In this document: one piece after another, positions 1-30,445 of the stretch
Numbering within the stretch: the first letter of the stretch is position 1
Layout: every line of letters begins with the position of its first letter
DNA from: Flaccisagitta enflata
Lineage: Eukaryota
Direction: 5' to 3'
Assembly (NCBI GenBank): GCA_965153355.1
Contig: OZ231126.1
Location: forward strand, 42,346,001-42,410,000
DNA: 64,000 bases
Translations under genes and position numbers: made by a program
The notes under the pieces: model-generated
The model's database searches: none
Seen by the model: only the letters and a program-made list of their open reading frames with translations
Told to the model about the DNA's origin: nothing

Positions 1-86
1 TCATATCGATATTATCTTTATATGTTTATACACCTTCAGAGTTTTTTCCGCGTGGGAGTGAGTGTGTGTCTTTTGGAGAGTATGTG

Positions 87-1424
87 ACACAGCGCAATCT
101 GTAGTGATATTAGTCCCCCGGGGAAAAGCCCCATTACATCCCCTGTTAACTTTTATTCGAAAAGTGAAAGGGGCTTTCTGAAAAATATCAGTCTGAATCC
201 GGGGAAGTCCCCTGGGGACATCCCCCGTTCATTCCCCGGAGTTTTTTTTTTCATAAATTTTTAAAGGGGGATGTAACCGGGCTTTTCCAGATTTTAACTA
301 TTTTTTATCAGAGACATTGGGGCTTTCCCGTTACATTCCCTTGTTAACTTTCATTTGAAAAATGAAAGAGGCTTGCTGAATAATGTCAAAGACTGAATTC
401 CAAGAAATCTTCTGAGGATATCCCCTGTTCAGTCCCCACAGCTTTTTTTTCACAAATTTTTAAAGAGGGATACAACCGGGTTTTTCCAGATTTTAGCTAC
501 ATTTTATCGGAGACATTGGGGCTTTTCCCCGGGGAAAAGCCCTGTTACATCCCCTGTTAACTTTCGTTTGAAAAGAGGCTTGCTGAAAAATGTCAAAGTC
601 TGAATCCAGGGAAGTCCCCCAGGGATATCCCCCGTTCAGTCCCCAGAGTTTTTTTCACAAACTTTTGAAGGGGGATGTAACTGGGCTTTTCCAAGCTTAA
701 ACTACTTTTTATAAGGGACGTCAGGGCTAAGAGCTCTCAGAAATTTTCAAAAATCATGACTTCCTATCGTCCATTTGAGACTAGACCAATATTGAGGTGG
801 GGAATCCACTCAGACTATCAGAAATGTTCTCCGGTCAATTTTTCGATCCCCATGGCCTAAGGTTCTCAGGTCAAAAACCATATAAGGTCAAATTTTCAAA
901 ATAGGAATTATATATATTTGATTGCAGATTCAAAATCCTTGTGAAAAACTGCCTGTAAAAAGTGTCTTCCTTTTTTCAAAATTCCAACTAGAACATTGTC
1001 AAATTTGATGTTAAAGATATAAATAGAGTAAGAATTGCGCTTTTGTTTAAAATTACGCTAATTTTGACCTAATACGTCGATTTTGACAGTGTTCTGGTCA
1101 GAATTTTTAAAAAAGGAAGGCACTTTCAACATACAGTTTTTTACAAAGATTCTGAATCTGCAATCAGATATGCACATTTCAAATTTGGAAAATTTGACCT
1201 TATATGTTTTTTAACCTAAGAACCTTAGGTCATGGGGATCGAAAAATTGACCTGAGAGCATTTTTAACAGTCTGAGTTGATTCCTCAGGTCAATATCGGT
1301 CTAGTATAAAATGGACAAGAGGAAATGATAATTTTTCTATATTTCTGAGAGCTGTTAACGTCAGGGCTTTTCCCCCGGGGGGGGGGACTAATGTCCACTT
1401 TTTGTATTATAGATTGCGCTGTGT
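87..1424. mobile_element. Non-autonomous TIR DNA element containing about 3 tandem ~205-bp units
   Basis: ACACAGCGCAATCT...ATTAGTCCCCCGGGGAAAAGCCC (87-131) is the inverted copy of GGGCTTTTCCCCCGG...GACTAAT...AGATTGCGCTGTGT (1364-1424). The unit TTACATCCCCTGTTAACTTT...GGGCTTTTCC repeats at ~134, ~331 and ~545. Confidence 0.65.
728..1357. mobile_element. Foldback/Mutator-like MITE with 10-bp TSD, nested in the previous element
   Basis: Near whole-length palindrome with termini TAAGAGCTCTCAGAAA / TTTCTGAGAGCTGTTA. Direct repeat ACGTCAGGGC at 718-727 and 1358-1367. Confidence 0.8.
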
Positions 1425-1436
1425 GTGAGTATGTGC

Positions 1437-1631
<195 letters not shown>

Positions 1632-1800
1632 TTGCAGAAGTCCCTGTCAACTCCGATGTTAATGATATTGACTTCTGGAAAAGGGAGTTGAAGAATTAGG
1701 ATGTGCCAATGAAAATGGGCGATATGGGAAACAAAAGACAATGGACAAAAGGAGTATATGGACGCAACTTTATCGACGTCTCGACCTTTGAACATCCCAC

Positions 1801-1977
1801 CTGTAATTTTATCTTTTCGCCGTTGATTTCGACGGTTTTTATCATAAAGTCGACGCCGATGGTGGCGCCCTGTCCCGGGGGAAAGAGTCCTTGTGTGAAC
1901 CGACGAACGAGACAAGTTTTGCCCACGCCGGCGTTACCGATCAAAACTACCTTGAACAGGAATTTGTAGTCATCCAT
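1801..1977 (-). CDS. Rab30: Rab30 small GTPase, first coding exon (59 codons); the remaining exons lie left of the window or are unresolved
   Basis: MDDYKFLFKVVLIGNAGVGKTCLVRRFTQGLFPPGQGATIGVDFMIKTVEINGEKIKLQ has the P-loop GNAGVGKT and the Rab30-characteristic FTQGLFPPGQGATIGVDF. It ends at a phase-0 CAG|GTGGGA donor just before the expected IWDTAGQ. Confidence 0.93.
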
Positions 1978-3239
1978 GATGACAGCGTTTCTTCTTCTTG
2001 CGCGACAAATGATTGGCAGTGGGCGTTAGTAATTGCGACGACGGCCTTCTTGAGCACGAAAGAAGGCAGACAATACGACGTCGTCGGCATTATCTTAGAC
2101 AAAACATTTCCGTGGTGTAGAGATTTTCACCTCGTTGAGTTCTGTCAATGTCTCCAAAATACTGAGATTTATTTTTATGCAAGATCAGTCAGATCACAAA
2201 TATAAGCCGTTTTTAGGCTTGGAAGTTAGAACACAGAAAGAGCGAGTGGTTCAATTTAGTAAATAAGGAATGGAGCATCGAGCATTCATGAAAAGAGAAA
2301 GAGGCGCTTCCACGTAAAAAGCCGTGGCAAGAGTTGTCCACCCAGCTAGATTATGAAATTTCCTGCAAAGAAAAGATATACACATTTCAAATACATAATC
2401 ACGGCTAATTACGCCAGTGCAGTGATCAACTCACCCGCAAATCAACTCACTGAGATCAGACATCGCAGCTTAGCTTGACATCGCTATTTAGCGTCCTATT
2501 TAAGAAAACCTAATATGTGCCATATCTATCAAGCTTTCCATCTGACAATCTTGACGTTCAATCGAGCCACAGGTTCGGGTTCACTAGGGTTCATTTCCAT
2601 CGGTTCAAGTCAAGAGTTCACTTCCCCGTGTCTGATCTGGGTGCTGTCTTGAGAGAATGACTAACTCGCTTGAGAAGGCGAAAACGACATCTGGTTTCTC
2701 TCCGCTGAAAGCTATTTCAGAGTTGAAGAAAGTTGAGATCAGTCGAGAAATACCGGCTTATCACATATTGAAGCGACTCACCCATCCTTGGCACCAGTCA
2801 CGCTCCAAAGCCTCTGGGCGATCTTGTGTCCGTCCGTCGGCCGTGCTTCCATTGGTTGGTTCGCCCGTTTTAGGATAATACAGCCCCTGCTCACTCGCAC
2901 GCAACTTGTATCCTAAAATCAGTCTTATTTGCCCTCATCTTCTTCCATGGGTGTAGGGTATGCAAAAAGCTCAGGGACATCCGGAGCAATTTTTAACCCA
3001 CCAGAATAATTTATGATTAACTTCTTTGAGAGGCTTTCTTTCTATTGCCCAAACAAATAACAAAACCTTTTCACCTACAAACTAGCCCATTTTGAGCGAA
3101 ACTAGTATTTTTCTTTAATCTTACTTTCATTTTTTCTCTTTTCTTCTTTTTCTCTTCTCCCTTTCTCTTTACTTCATTTACATTATTCTGAGCCTAACTT
3201 TCCAACCCGATGAACAGGGACACCCATGCATGTCCAGGT

Positions 3240-3707
3240 TAAAAAATCTCAGAATTATGTCAAAATTGGGGGATTTCACCGTCCATCCCGTACTAGAGCA
3301 ATTTTGACCCAAGGAATCCAAATCTGCAGTCAGAAATGGTCTCAGGTCAATATTTCGATAGGCTACAGCTACATTTCTCAGGTCAAAATACTATATAAGG
3401 TCAAATTTTCAAAATTGGAAATTTGTCAATCTGATTGCAGATTCGAAATCCTTGGAAAAAACTATTAAAAGAAAGTATCTTTCTTTTTTTTGCAAGGATT
3501 TTGAATCTGCAATCAGATTGACAAATTTCCAATTTTAAAAATTTGACCTTATATAGTATTTTGACCTGAGAAATGTAGCTGTAGCCTATCGAAATATTGA
3601 CCTGAGACCATTTTTGACTGCAGATTTGGATTCCTGGGGTCAAAATTGGTTTAGAATGGGATGGACGGTAAAATCCCACAATTTTGACATAATCCTGAGA
3701 TTATTTA
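3240..3707. mobile_element. Foldback/Mutator-like MITE with 10-bp TSD (related to 728-1357)
   Basis: About 220-bp inverted arms (TAAAAAATCTCAG...CTGAGATTATTTA). ATGTCCAGGT at 3230-3239 and 3708-3717. Shares TATAAGGTCAAATTTTCAAAAT and GATTGCAGATTC with the 728 element. Confidence 0.85.
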
Positions 3708-5376
3708 ATGTCCAGGTAACCCTAATCCTACACCGATGCCTTCTTCTATCACCTCACAGTTGGTCAATACTCGTCTTCATGCCTTCATTTATCGGTTTCA
3801 AGCCAAAAAAGACCAATTGTCTATTCCTATGTGGCGTCCGTTGTCTACCCACAACAGTTCTTGGAGCTCTAGAGCTCTATACCTCTATACTTCTTCATTG
3901 TAGGCCTTTTCTTTAGAACAAATTCTAATTCAGCTTCTCTTATCACTACCATATATTAAGTGGCGGGTTCATGAGCGTTGGGGCGAAAAAAACATCCATC
4001 CAAAAAGGTACTGGACACCTGAGTATCTGAGGGGCCTATCGGTTTTAAGTAAGTCGCACTGAGGCTTTAGGGAGACTTTTTTTGGATGTGAAAGGCTCAA
4101 TTTGGGGTCAATTTAAGTCCCAGACCTCAAACCAGACCTCTCCACCCCAAGTTATTCAGACTGGGCTGTGGAAACCTGGCGGAGCCAGATCGGCTACCAA
4201 AAGCTTCATCCATCGTAAGTTTCGTAACCAAGGTTTGTCAAGCTTTAAAGCCATATGATCGATTTCACTCATGTCCACCACCCACCCTATATCCCAATAA
4301 AATGTGGGTAAGGTTCGAGCCAAAATCCTCGACTATGTGATTTGTTTGGGGATCGGCCATGAGGATGGAATATATAATGGATGAAACAAAAAATGCTATG
4401 TATGCCACCTTCTAAACCACCATACCCTACAGCCCAAACCACTTACAGTAGAGACATGAAATTTGGTATGGAAAGTCAGTGGGGGAATACTTTTGGGGCC
4501 ATCAGAGGTTTTCTTTATACATTTCCGCCCCTGCCCAGAGATATGTGGGTGGGTGGGGTAACCCCTGTGGGTTGAAAAATCCTAAAATATTTTTTCTCAA
4601 TTTTTTAATTGTATTGGTTAAATCTAGTTCATACCACGGTAAATAATCAAAAACATTTGAATTATACTCAAAATTTGAAGAGTTAGGCACTTTTGAACGT
4701 TATAAATTAGCATTTCAAAAATATCGAAAATACGCGTAATATCACTTAAAATTCGAATTTTACAAAAATTTTTAGTTTTTTACGTTTGTTAGAGCCTAAT
4801 ACAACACACCCAATTGAAAAATCCAAAATTTCAAAAAAAAAATAATATATATTTTTCAACACTCAGGGGCTACCCCACCCCGACCCCCTTATATCTGCTC
4901 AGGGATGGAGATTGAAAAAAAAACCTCAGTTGACCCCACTGACTTTCCATACCAAATTTCATAACTCTAATGTAAGTGATTTAGGCTGTAGGGTATGGTG
5001 GGTTAGAAAGTGTCATATAACATTTTAACATCTATCCGAACGTATGGCCACACACTGCCCCAGATCCCAACACGATGAAAAATGAATTCTGGTCCCCCCC
5101 TATAACCCCCGATTCACCTTTGAGGAAAACTAAATGTAAGGCCATAAAACGACGAATATTGTTATGCTTAAGGGCAAATTACGCCTTCTTATTAAGACTG
5201 ATATGAAATAATGGCCAACATAATATAATTTTCACTAATGGCAACATATCCGCTACTTGCGCTAGAGGACCTCCTAACCGCAAATTGCATCGTTTTACGG
5301 CAATACGTTAGACTTCATTCAAAAACAACGATCATCTTTACCTCAATGAAAATCAACACTTTCAAATGTTTTTTTT

Positions 5377-5398
5377 TTTATTCTGCGACAATTTATTA
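5377..5398 (-). terminator. Candidate poly(A) signals of GATAD2 (two AATAAA on the minus strand), implying a ~2.8-kb 3' UTR
   Basis: TTTATT at 5377-5382 and 5393-5398 on the plus strand, downstream of the GATAD2 stop. Confidence 0.35.
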
Positions 5399-6944
5399 TA
5401 CAAATAAACTAAGTTGAACGAGACCAATGATTGATAAAACATCCGACGAAAATCGTCGCAATTCCCTTCACAGATAATTAGTCCAGCAAGTGAGCGACAT
5501 GAGTTTTGGGCGCTCTAAAAAGAATGACTGTTCAAAGTTCCAACCTGCCAACTTACACTTGTCATCGTCGCGTGGAATTTCACCTTCATTCACCCAGTGG
5601 CTAAACTAGTGACATCCTTACGAGACGAACCCTCCTTGGGGCTATACGTTATTAATGTTATAGAGTCTAATTTCGTCACTCATGTATATACACACCATAG
5701 CATGTTCACATTCGTACCATGTAGGAGTATCATTGAAACGAAACCATGTCAAGAATATCGCTTGTCGACTTTCATCACTCATCAACCATAATTGGTTTAC
5801 CTACTAATAATAAAAATGGGCGTGTGTCTGTAACAGTAACATTGGTCCTGTTATACCGATAAAAGAGAAGCTTGCTGGCAAAGCGTTGACACTTTATCCC
5901 ATCAAATAAAGAAAAACGAATTCACGTTAAATACCGCATCCGCAATAGCCTAAAATCCTAAAATTTCTCGAAAAAAAAGACAAAAAAACATATTGGTGAA
6001 TCGCCTCTAACTCAATTTCTCGCCTATACAATCTACGAAAATGGTTTTCGAACTTAGCACATGTCAGATGTCACCCCAACGAAATAGTAAAAGGTGGTGC
6101 AGACGTGTTCGGGAGACGGCAGACAGAAGATGGGCAGACAGAAGGTTGCGTCTGTTAGGGTGCTTGAGCCAAAATTGAAGTTTGCCTGGCGATAGTGGTT
6201 TTCCTTTGCAAAAAAAGCCTTCAAATGAGCTGTTGCAAGACTTTCGAATCAATCAGGAACCATTGTTATGGTTAGGTTAAGGTATTCATCAAATCATGAT
6301 TGGAATCTATTTTCCTATCATACAAATTCTGCCTCTCTCATGCAGATCTATGGAAATGTCCAGATTGATTTGAAAAGCCCGCAGTGACTAGTTTGAAAGC
6401 ATTTTTTTCAGAAGAAAAACATTTTTATCAAGCAAAGTTCAATTCTGGCTTTTTTAGGCACACTGACAGATGTTACGTTGTTATTGATAGGGAAGAGGGA
6501 GTGGGTTCAACGGACTAGACGAAAATAAAAGAGGGGAGACGAAGATATAGTAACTTTCACCCTTAACTACAGCAACAACATGTGATCATGGTGACGATCT
6601 GAAATCTTCCTTTTCAAAGCATTACCGCCGAAAATGAAAATCAAATACTTAAGCTTTTTATCTAAATTTAATACGCGGTAGAGACCCCAATATTTGCCAT
6701 TTCAAGAAAAACAATGGATGTGATTTTAAAAAAATGACCTACATCCCAAAGTTGTCCGCATGCTAAAATTTTTACCCTCTTTTTATTTTCATCTCGTCCG
6801 CTATTGTCCTTTTGCTGCTTTGGGTATCGGGTTGATAGTTGTCGATCAGCAGAACGTTTACATAAGATACATCAAATCTGTTCTAAAACGACAGGATCAC
6901 CCCACTTAGTAAATTAGCTCTTTTTTTAGTCGCAAGGAGAGCAG

Positions 6945-7254
6945 AGTGACCAACCAATAGACCAACCAACAGACTGACCAACCATCAGACTGACCAACCG
7001 ACAGACTGACCAACCGACAGACTGACCAACCGACAGACAGACTTACCGACAGACTGACTAACCGACAGACTGACTAACGGACAGACTGACTAACGGACAG
7101 ACTGACCAAGCGACAGACTGACCAACCGACAGACTGTCCAACCGACAGACTGTCCAACCGACAGACTGACCAACCGACAGACTGACCAACCGACAGACTG
7201 ACCAACCGACAGACTGACCAACCGACAGACTGACCAACCGACAGACTGACCAAC
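6945..7254. repeat. 16-bp tandem repeat (GACTGACCAACCGACA)n
   Basis: Visible directly; explains the SLSVGQSVGWSVCRLV pseudo-ORFs. Confidence 0.95.
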
Positions 7255-8183
7255 ATACATTCTCACCAACAGGAACATTTTTTGAATGGCGATTAAAATC
7301 TTAATAATCAAAATGATATTTCCTTATGAATGGGTGTACGGCGAGGGACGTCAGGGACGTCGGCCGACGTCCCTGTTTGTCGGACTTACACCCCTGTCGG
7401 ACTTAAGCCCATGTAAAATTTGAAGGCAAAAAATGAAAAATAATAAGAAAAAAGGGATAATGAAAGAGAATATGTGTCTCTCTATCAAATTTGGCTGTCA
7501 TTTCTTATATTAGAATGTAATTTTAAATTGGGAAAGACTGAATTTGTTATGAACCCTGTTGGGCTTGAAGCTCTGTCGGACTTAAAACTGTTTGCCGACG
7601 GCCCTTTGAGATTTCACGCCATACACTTATGCAGTTATGATTATTTTGACGGCGCAAAGTGAAGCGAACTTATCATTGTAAGCTTTTCCAGTCCGTTAAC
7701 TCAGGTTCCAGGGTTTCCACCCTCAAGATACCCGCAGCAGCACGCGTTAGCTTCAGTTTCTCTAAAATAGCATATCACATTCTAACGCGGGCAAATTATT
7801 CAAAAACGACCAGGGCCCCCAAGGGAGAGGTGGGACAGAAATCGGCGCATGATGAAGATACGGAGAGAGTTTGGAGGCCAAAGTCATTAAAAACATGAGT
7901 TATGGCCATCGCACAATACAGAGAAGGGACCGCGGTTTTAAATATGATCACTCCGTTTTCAAGGTCAACACACATGAAAAGTCGAGCTCAACGTGGTTGA
8001 AGGAAAAAGAGAGTGAATCACTCGTTCATAGATATCGATTAACACCATTCCTTACGATTACATAATAGATCCTCGGGTTAATTTGGCATTTAAAAAAATC
8101 TAGGCGACGGTAGGAGAAGTGAAGTCTCTCCATTTCAACGAAAACGATGAGTCGCAATGAGACGGAGAGTGGCCTTCAATCCA

Positions 8184-24177
<15,994 letters not shown>

Positions 24178-24322
24178 CCCGTCTGCAAAGGAAGAAATAC
24201 ACCTAAGTTACGTAGAATGATGTACCTATTTATGTGCTTAGAATTGTTATCTATGTGGGTCACTCTTAGAACAGCAATTGCGTTCAAGCACACGTTCAAA
24301 TTCATTCACTCCCACATCTGCA

Positions 24323-24990
24323 AAACTCACCTCAACTCATTCATTCTAAACTCATTCACTCCAATATATCCAAACTCATTCACTCCCACATATCCAAACT
24401 CATTCACTCCCACATATCCAAACTCATTCACTCCCACATTTCCAAACTCATTCACTCCCACATTTCCAAACTCATTCACTCCCACATTTCCAAACTCATT
24501 CACTCCCACATTTCCAAACTCATTCACTCCCACATTTCCAAACTCATTCACGCCCACATTTCCAAACTCATTCACGCCAACATTTCCAAACTCATTCACG
24601 CCCACATTTCCAAACTCATTCACGCCCACATTTCCAAACTCATTCACGCCCACATTTCCAAACTCATTCACGCCCACATTTCCAAACTCATTCACGCCCA
24701 CATTTCCAAACTCATTCACTCCCACATTTCCAAACTCATTCACTCCCACATTTCCAAACTCATTCACTCCCACATTTCCAAACTCATTCACTCCCACATT
24801 TCCAAACTCATTCACTCCCACATTTCCAAACTCATTCACGCCCACATTTCCAAACTCATTCACGCCCACATTTCCAAACTCATTCACCCCCAGATTTTCA
24901 AACACATTTACCCCCACATCTCCAAACTCATTCACGCCCACATTTCCAAACTCATTCACGCCCACATTTTAAAACTCATTCACCCCCACA
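24323..24990. repeat. 24-bp minisatellite (CAAACTCATTCAC[T/G]CCCACATTTC), about 27 copies
   Basis: Visible directly; explains the PNSFTPTF ORF. Confidence 0.97.
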
Positions 24991-25635
24991 TTTTCTCTTT
25001 CACCGCCACACCTCAATGCATTCAATCCCAGGTTAAGAATCTCGTATATTCCCACATTTCCACACTCGTTCACGCCAACACGTTCAAACACTTTCACTCC
25101 CATCCGTTCAAACTCACTTCCCTCATTTATTCGTGAAAACAATCTAATTCACTTATTTTATTCATGAGAACATAGAGAACTATGATGTTCTTACTCTTTT
25201 AGACATTTCAAGCAGAACGTTTTTTTTTGGAAAAAAGTCAAAAATATGTAATTCGACTTTTTGAAGAGAAAAGTTTTTAGTCGCGGACACGCGACTACAA
25301 CTTGCCGTGTTGGTCAGTAGGCAGGTCCGTCGGTAGGTCCATCCGTCACATTTTAGAATTCTGATTGTTTTTTGCATTACTGCTCCTGCCCAACCAACCG
25401 CGACTGGATTGCTGTGTATCCGGCCTTGTTTATTTTCAATTTAGGGCAATTTTTGGAAGTTGAACCATTTTAAAGCTGGAATGATACTGTTGAAGTAGCT
25501 TATACATAAAAGGCTTTCTACTAATATGAATTGCTTGAAGTAAAAACTAGTGATGCTGAGTCACAATATTATTGCAGATAGGTGGGCAGGGGCATCCAAC
25601 CCCCCTCTACACCCCAATCTCACTCCAACACTTAA

Positions 25636-26982
25636 GGACGATTTCAGCAAGAGGCTCTCATGTCTAATTTCCAAGACCAACACAAGGCTAACCGGGTAAT
25701 TTCAGTACATGAGGGACTTGCAATTGGTATCATTGCTAGCAAATGTCAGGGTAGGTATACTTGTTCAAAATTAGGCCGGAAAAAATGGGCAGATATTTCA
25801 TTATCACCATAAAACGTGTCCATCAAAGGGGGCTTTCGCTCTTCATTTTCATGTAACAAACTGTAACAGATCTCAATTATCCATTTTCATGAGGCCCATT
25901 GTGTTGTTTTAACAACCATTGATATTCATTGTGGCCATTTGGTCATATTTGATTGATATTGTCTCGCTGGAAACATGAACTGTCCGAAATTGGACTTTTC
26001 AGCACCTGAAAGTGAACAAGGAAAAGAACGCAATTTTGGACAAATTTGAAGGAAACGGCAAATGAGATCAATTTCATCCTCAGTAGAGGTGAGAAAGCAG
26101 ACAAATTTGGGCTTGGGTAAGCCCCCATTTCACATGGAAGACCGCCCAAAAAAAATCGCGCGAAAAAATTTAAAGATAGAATAGTTAAGATAAAATCTTG
26201 AATTTCGGACAATTACTATTTTTCCACAATTTAATTGTCCCACTTACGTTCACTTGTGATACCTAACAGATATTTCCCAGAAAATGCGTTAACTTCAATA
26301 GCAATGACCCGGAAGTGTTTGGCTCAAACTAGTGAATTGCAATCAAAATGAATTTGGCTTGGTTTGTTCCGGTTTTCACACTTCAAGGGGAGAAAATTGA
26401 ATTTCGGACAATTACTATTTTTCCACAATTTACACGCAAATCGCCTTATTCGATTTTCGTCCAACGTTGGTAATGATATCTTGAGAACCCCTCACCCAAT
26501 TCTCATGAAATTTTGTGTGAATACTTACTTAATCAAAACCTAGCATGTGAATCATGAAGCTTTCATTTACGCGAGACCAGCCTCAGGGGCAGGGGGACAC
26601 CTGCTGGTCGCTACCCCACTTATGCACCGACTTATGAAAAAAAAAGTCAAAAATGAAAAAAAATGTCAATTTTAGAACACAAGATTTCTAAACGGTTCAT
26701 ATAATTTTGAATTGATTGAGACTAACTTTTTTTTCAAAAAAAATTTTCCCCACTACCCCCCCCCCCCCCTTGGGTGGCCAGGGGGGGAGAGATAGGGTGG
26801 CCAGGGGGGAGAGATAGGGTGGCCAGGGGGGAGAGATAGGGGGGCCAGTAAGCTTCGGCAATACCCAAATCCCATCCCCCGGACATAAAGGTTCACGATT
26901 CTCTCATAGTCAACCAGAAATATTTGATTCTAAAAATGAGATTTTTTCAAGGCCAAGTGTGAGTCTGTTGCCGATATTGTCC
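25636..26982. mobile_element. Non-autonomous element with TTAA TSD and GG termini (Kolobok-like)
   Basis: TTAA|GGACGATTTCAGCAAGAGGCTC ... GAGTCTGTTGCCGATATTGTCC|TTAA; interrupts a HINE-like copy. Confidence 0.6.
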
Positions 26983-27035
26983 TTAATCATACACAAATAA
27001 TGTGTATTTAAAACGCTCATTTCCCCACTTTTCAA

Positions 27036-27444
27036 CTACACGCCGTATTTTTTATAAGAACACTGTTTTTTTAAGTGAGGCTCAGCGTTCTTATTTTTTA
27101 GCCAGTTTCAGCCTTAAATGTTCTTAACATGTTCTTATTTTTGTAGTATTGGAGATTCATAATCATAGTTGCTAGCTATTTATAATCAATGAAATCAATG
27201 TCCTCTATTCTCAGTTAATACAAAATTTTGTTTTTGTAAATTATAAAATTATATAATTGTTTAGGTTAGAGGATTCTGTACAACTTTTGATAGTTTCCTT
27301 AAAAAATTATATCAAAACATACTTAAGAATATATTTATGCCATAATCTGAGCCTCAGCATGTTCTTAGAATGTTCTTATTTTTTCACCAAATCTGAGGCT
27401 GATGTTCTTATAAACAGTGTTCTTAGACAAAATACAGCGTGTAG
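27036..27444. mobile_element. MITE with long TIRs
   Basis: CTACACGCCGTATTTTTTATAAGAACACTG versus CAGTGTTCTTAGACAAAATACAGCGTGTAG. Confidence 0.7.
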
Positions 27445-28070
27445 GTGACAGCTAACGGATGGACAGACAAAGCCTCTTTTATAGTTGCGTGTCCGCATCT
27501 AATAAGAACAACAAAAGCAAGGACGTTCAATACCCCCCCCCGCTTAAGTTTATTAGATGCGGACACGCAACTATAAAAGAGCAAAGCACGCACACACAAC
27601 ATACGCCACACATACCACAAACACACACACACACTCACACACATAACCTTTCAATTAACATGTAATAAAACAAACCAATAAACAAATACATGAGTAAACA
27701 TGTTCTTGACAAAAAAATCCCAGATTTATGACTCTTTTCCTGTCGGCGATAGCCGCCTTCATTGGTTGAAGAAACATAAGGAGAGACTTGGTTCTTAGGC
27801 AAAGAGAAACAAGGCCAAGTAGGCCAATAGGCGCTACGTGTGGATCGTCGAACGAATGCGTTACAGACCGACCGACCGACAGACCAACCGACGGACACAG
27901 CCAGTTATAGAGGTGCTTTGTCGCACCTAAAAAAGGCCAAGTACAAAGGCCAATAAGGTGCGACGTGTCAATCGTCGAATGACTGCGTTACATACATACA
28001 GACAGACAGACCAACCAACGGACAGAACCAGTTATAGAGGTGCTTTGTCGCACCTAAAAAAAATTCTCAC

Positions 28071-28201
28071 CTTTAAATGAAACAGCGACGGTTAGTTCAA
28101 TTTCCCCTGGATACCTCACGAGGCAATTCGTGGTATCCTCTCGCGAGCGAAGATCACCACGAGGAAGTCAGGGGTTCAAAGACGAAGGTATTCATTCGAT
28201 T
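28071..28201 (-). other. Candidate GATAD2 5'-UTR exon carrying a 13-codon uORF
   Basis: TTTTTTCTTTTATCGCAG| acceptor, AAAG|GTGAGA donor; ATG 28195 to TGA 28154 (MNTFVFEPLTSSW*). Confidence 0.45.
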
Positions 28202-28436
28202 CTGCGATAAAAGAAAAAAAACGTTTAAATAACTCGCATCAAATCGGTGTTCCATCACAAAACGGACGAACAGAAGAAAAAAGAACCGTGACTCACGCAT
28301 CGTTAAAATCTTAATTCCTGATCGCATTATCTATGACCAAAACCCAGTAGGTTCACGTGATCATAAAACATGGCGTGGGTCTCGACGCTGCTGAGACTCA
28401 GTGCGTTGCACGGAGGATAATAACAGACAGTTCAGC

Positions 28437-28522
<86 letters not shown>

Positions 28523-28952
28523 ATTCAAAAGCAATCCGAGTTCCGAAATCCGAAATTCGTCTTTCAGGGCCGGGCAGGCATTACGATTTGTTGTTTAAAG
28601 TCCAGCAAGTAACGAGGAAAAGTTCATGCTTAAAAAAGAGGTACTTCGATAAACGTAGAACCGTGTGGCCGTGGCATCGCCGTGTAAAGCAGTTCTATTG
28701 CTGCAGGGATGGACCGAATGATTTGCGGTTATGCTCAATTATGCTCGTTAAATGTTGTCACCCAGTCAGTATGAACTAGATAATTTAACAGAATCCTCGC
28801 AAAAAAGATCAGGAAAGACAAAGCTAAAGGGGTGTGAAAACAAACATAAACAAGGCCAAGTAGGCCAATACGTGCGACCTGCGGATCGTCGAACGAATGC
28901 GTCACAGACCGACGGACAAAGCATCCTATTGATGTGCATTGTGGCACATTAA

Positions 28953-28987
<35 letters not shown>

Positions 28988-28988
28988 G

Positions 28989-29060
<72 letters not shown>

Positions 29061-30095
29061 AGGAAAAGAAACAGAGAAAGAAAGAAGAAAGAAAGAGAAA
29101 GAAGAAAGAAAGAGAAAGAAGAAAGAAAGAAGAAAGAAAGAAGAAAAGAAGAGAGAAAGAAAGAGAAAGAAAGAGAAAGAAAGAAAGAAAGAAAGAGAGA
29201 AAGAAAGAAAGAAAGAAAGAAAGAGAATTGACAAAAAGGCCGGATACACGGCAAATAAGAAATCGTTTGGGGGTGGGCAGGGGCAGTAAAGCGGGTGGGC
29301 AGGAGCAGTATGCGAGTGGGCGGTGGCTGTAATATGGTCGGGCAGGGGACGTTTAGCTAAAAACCACTATTTCAGCCTATTTCGCGTCATTCAGATTTTC
29401 GCATTACCTACGTATTACGGTAATAGTGATACGTAGTAAGTAGGGACTTAGCAAGCGAATAATTGTGGGAAATAATGAGAGTAAAAAGGAATGAAGGACG
29501 TCGGAATTGGCCGTTTTACGTAACTAAAACTTTTAAAAGGATTGCGTGACAGACAGATTGACGGACATGACCTCTTATAAATGTGCAAGGACGCACGAAA
29601 AAAGGAAGTTAAGGCAAGAGAAAGAGGTCAAGGAAAGAAAAGAGCCTCTAAAGGAAAAAAAAAGTTAAATGGACGAAAATAGGCAAAGGAGAGCATGGAG
29701 TAAACAAGGCCAAGTAGTCCGATGATGCGTCCTCTATGAATGAACGTTTTGTATTAATGATTATTATTCATAAATAAATAAAGGATTAAGTAATAGAATG
29801 AATGGAAAATTTTACTGGTACTGCTTTTACAATGAAAGAGCCTCATTTTTTATGATTTTAAAGTTTAAGTGACAGACCGACAGACAGACCAACGGACACG
29901 ACCTGTTATAGAGATGCGAGGACGTATCTAAAGAGAGAAGAGACTGAGACAAAAGAAGATCGGGATGAAAATGAACGAAAAAAAGCTACTTAATCCAGCA
30001 AAATGTCAACTTCTGTGAGACCAACAGACCCACCGGCCACCAGAATTCGCGCACAGATTTGACCTCCTGAAGACTTTCTTTGATGCATGTAAACC

Positions 30096-30179
<84 letters not shown>

Positions 30180-30294
30180 CGAGCTGTGTGCAACAGAAAT
30201 ACACGAGACTATGTACTCAGAAAGAACGACTCGGCGTAAGACAGAGTCGAATGAAATTGAATCCGTTGAGATGATCAAGAATGCGCATCGAAAA

Positions 30295-30445
<151 letters not shown>

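Noticed and set aside
2363-2450. Possible Rab30 5'-UTR intron (TTTGCAG acceptor at 2363, GTGAGT donors at 2434 and 2450)
   Set aside because: Plausible, but supported by splice motifs only
3226-3679. Pair of similar ORFs on opposite strands
   Set aside because: Mirror translations of the two arms of a foldback MITE
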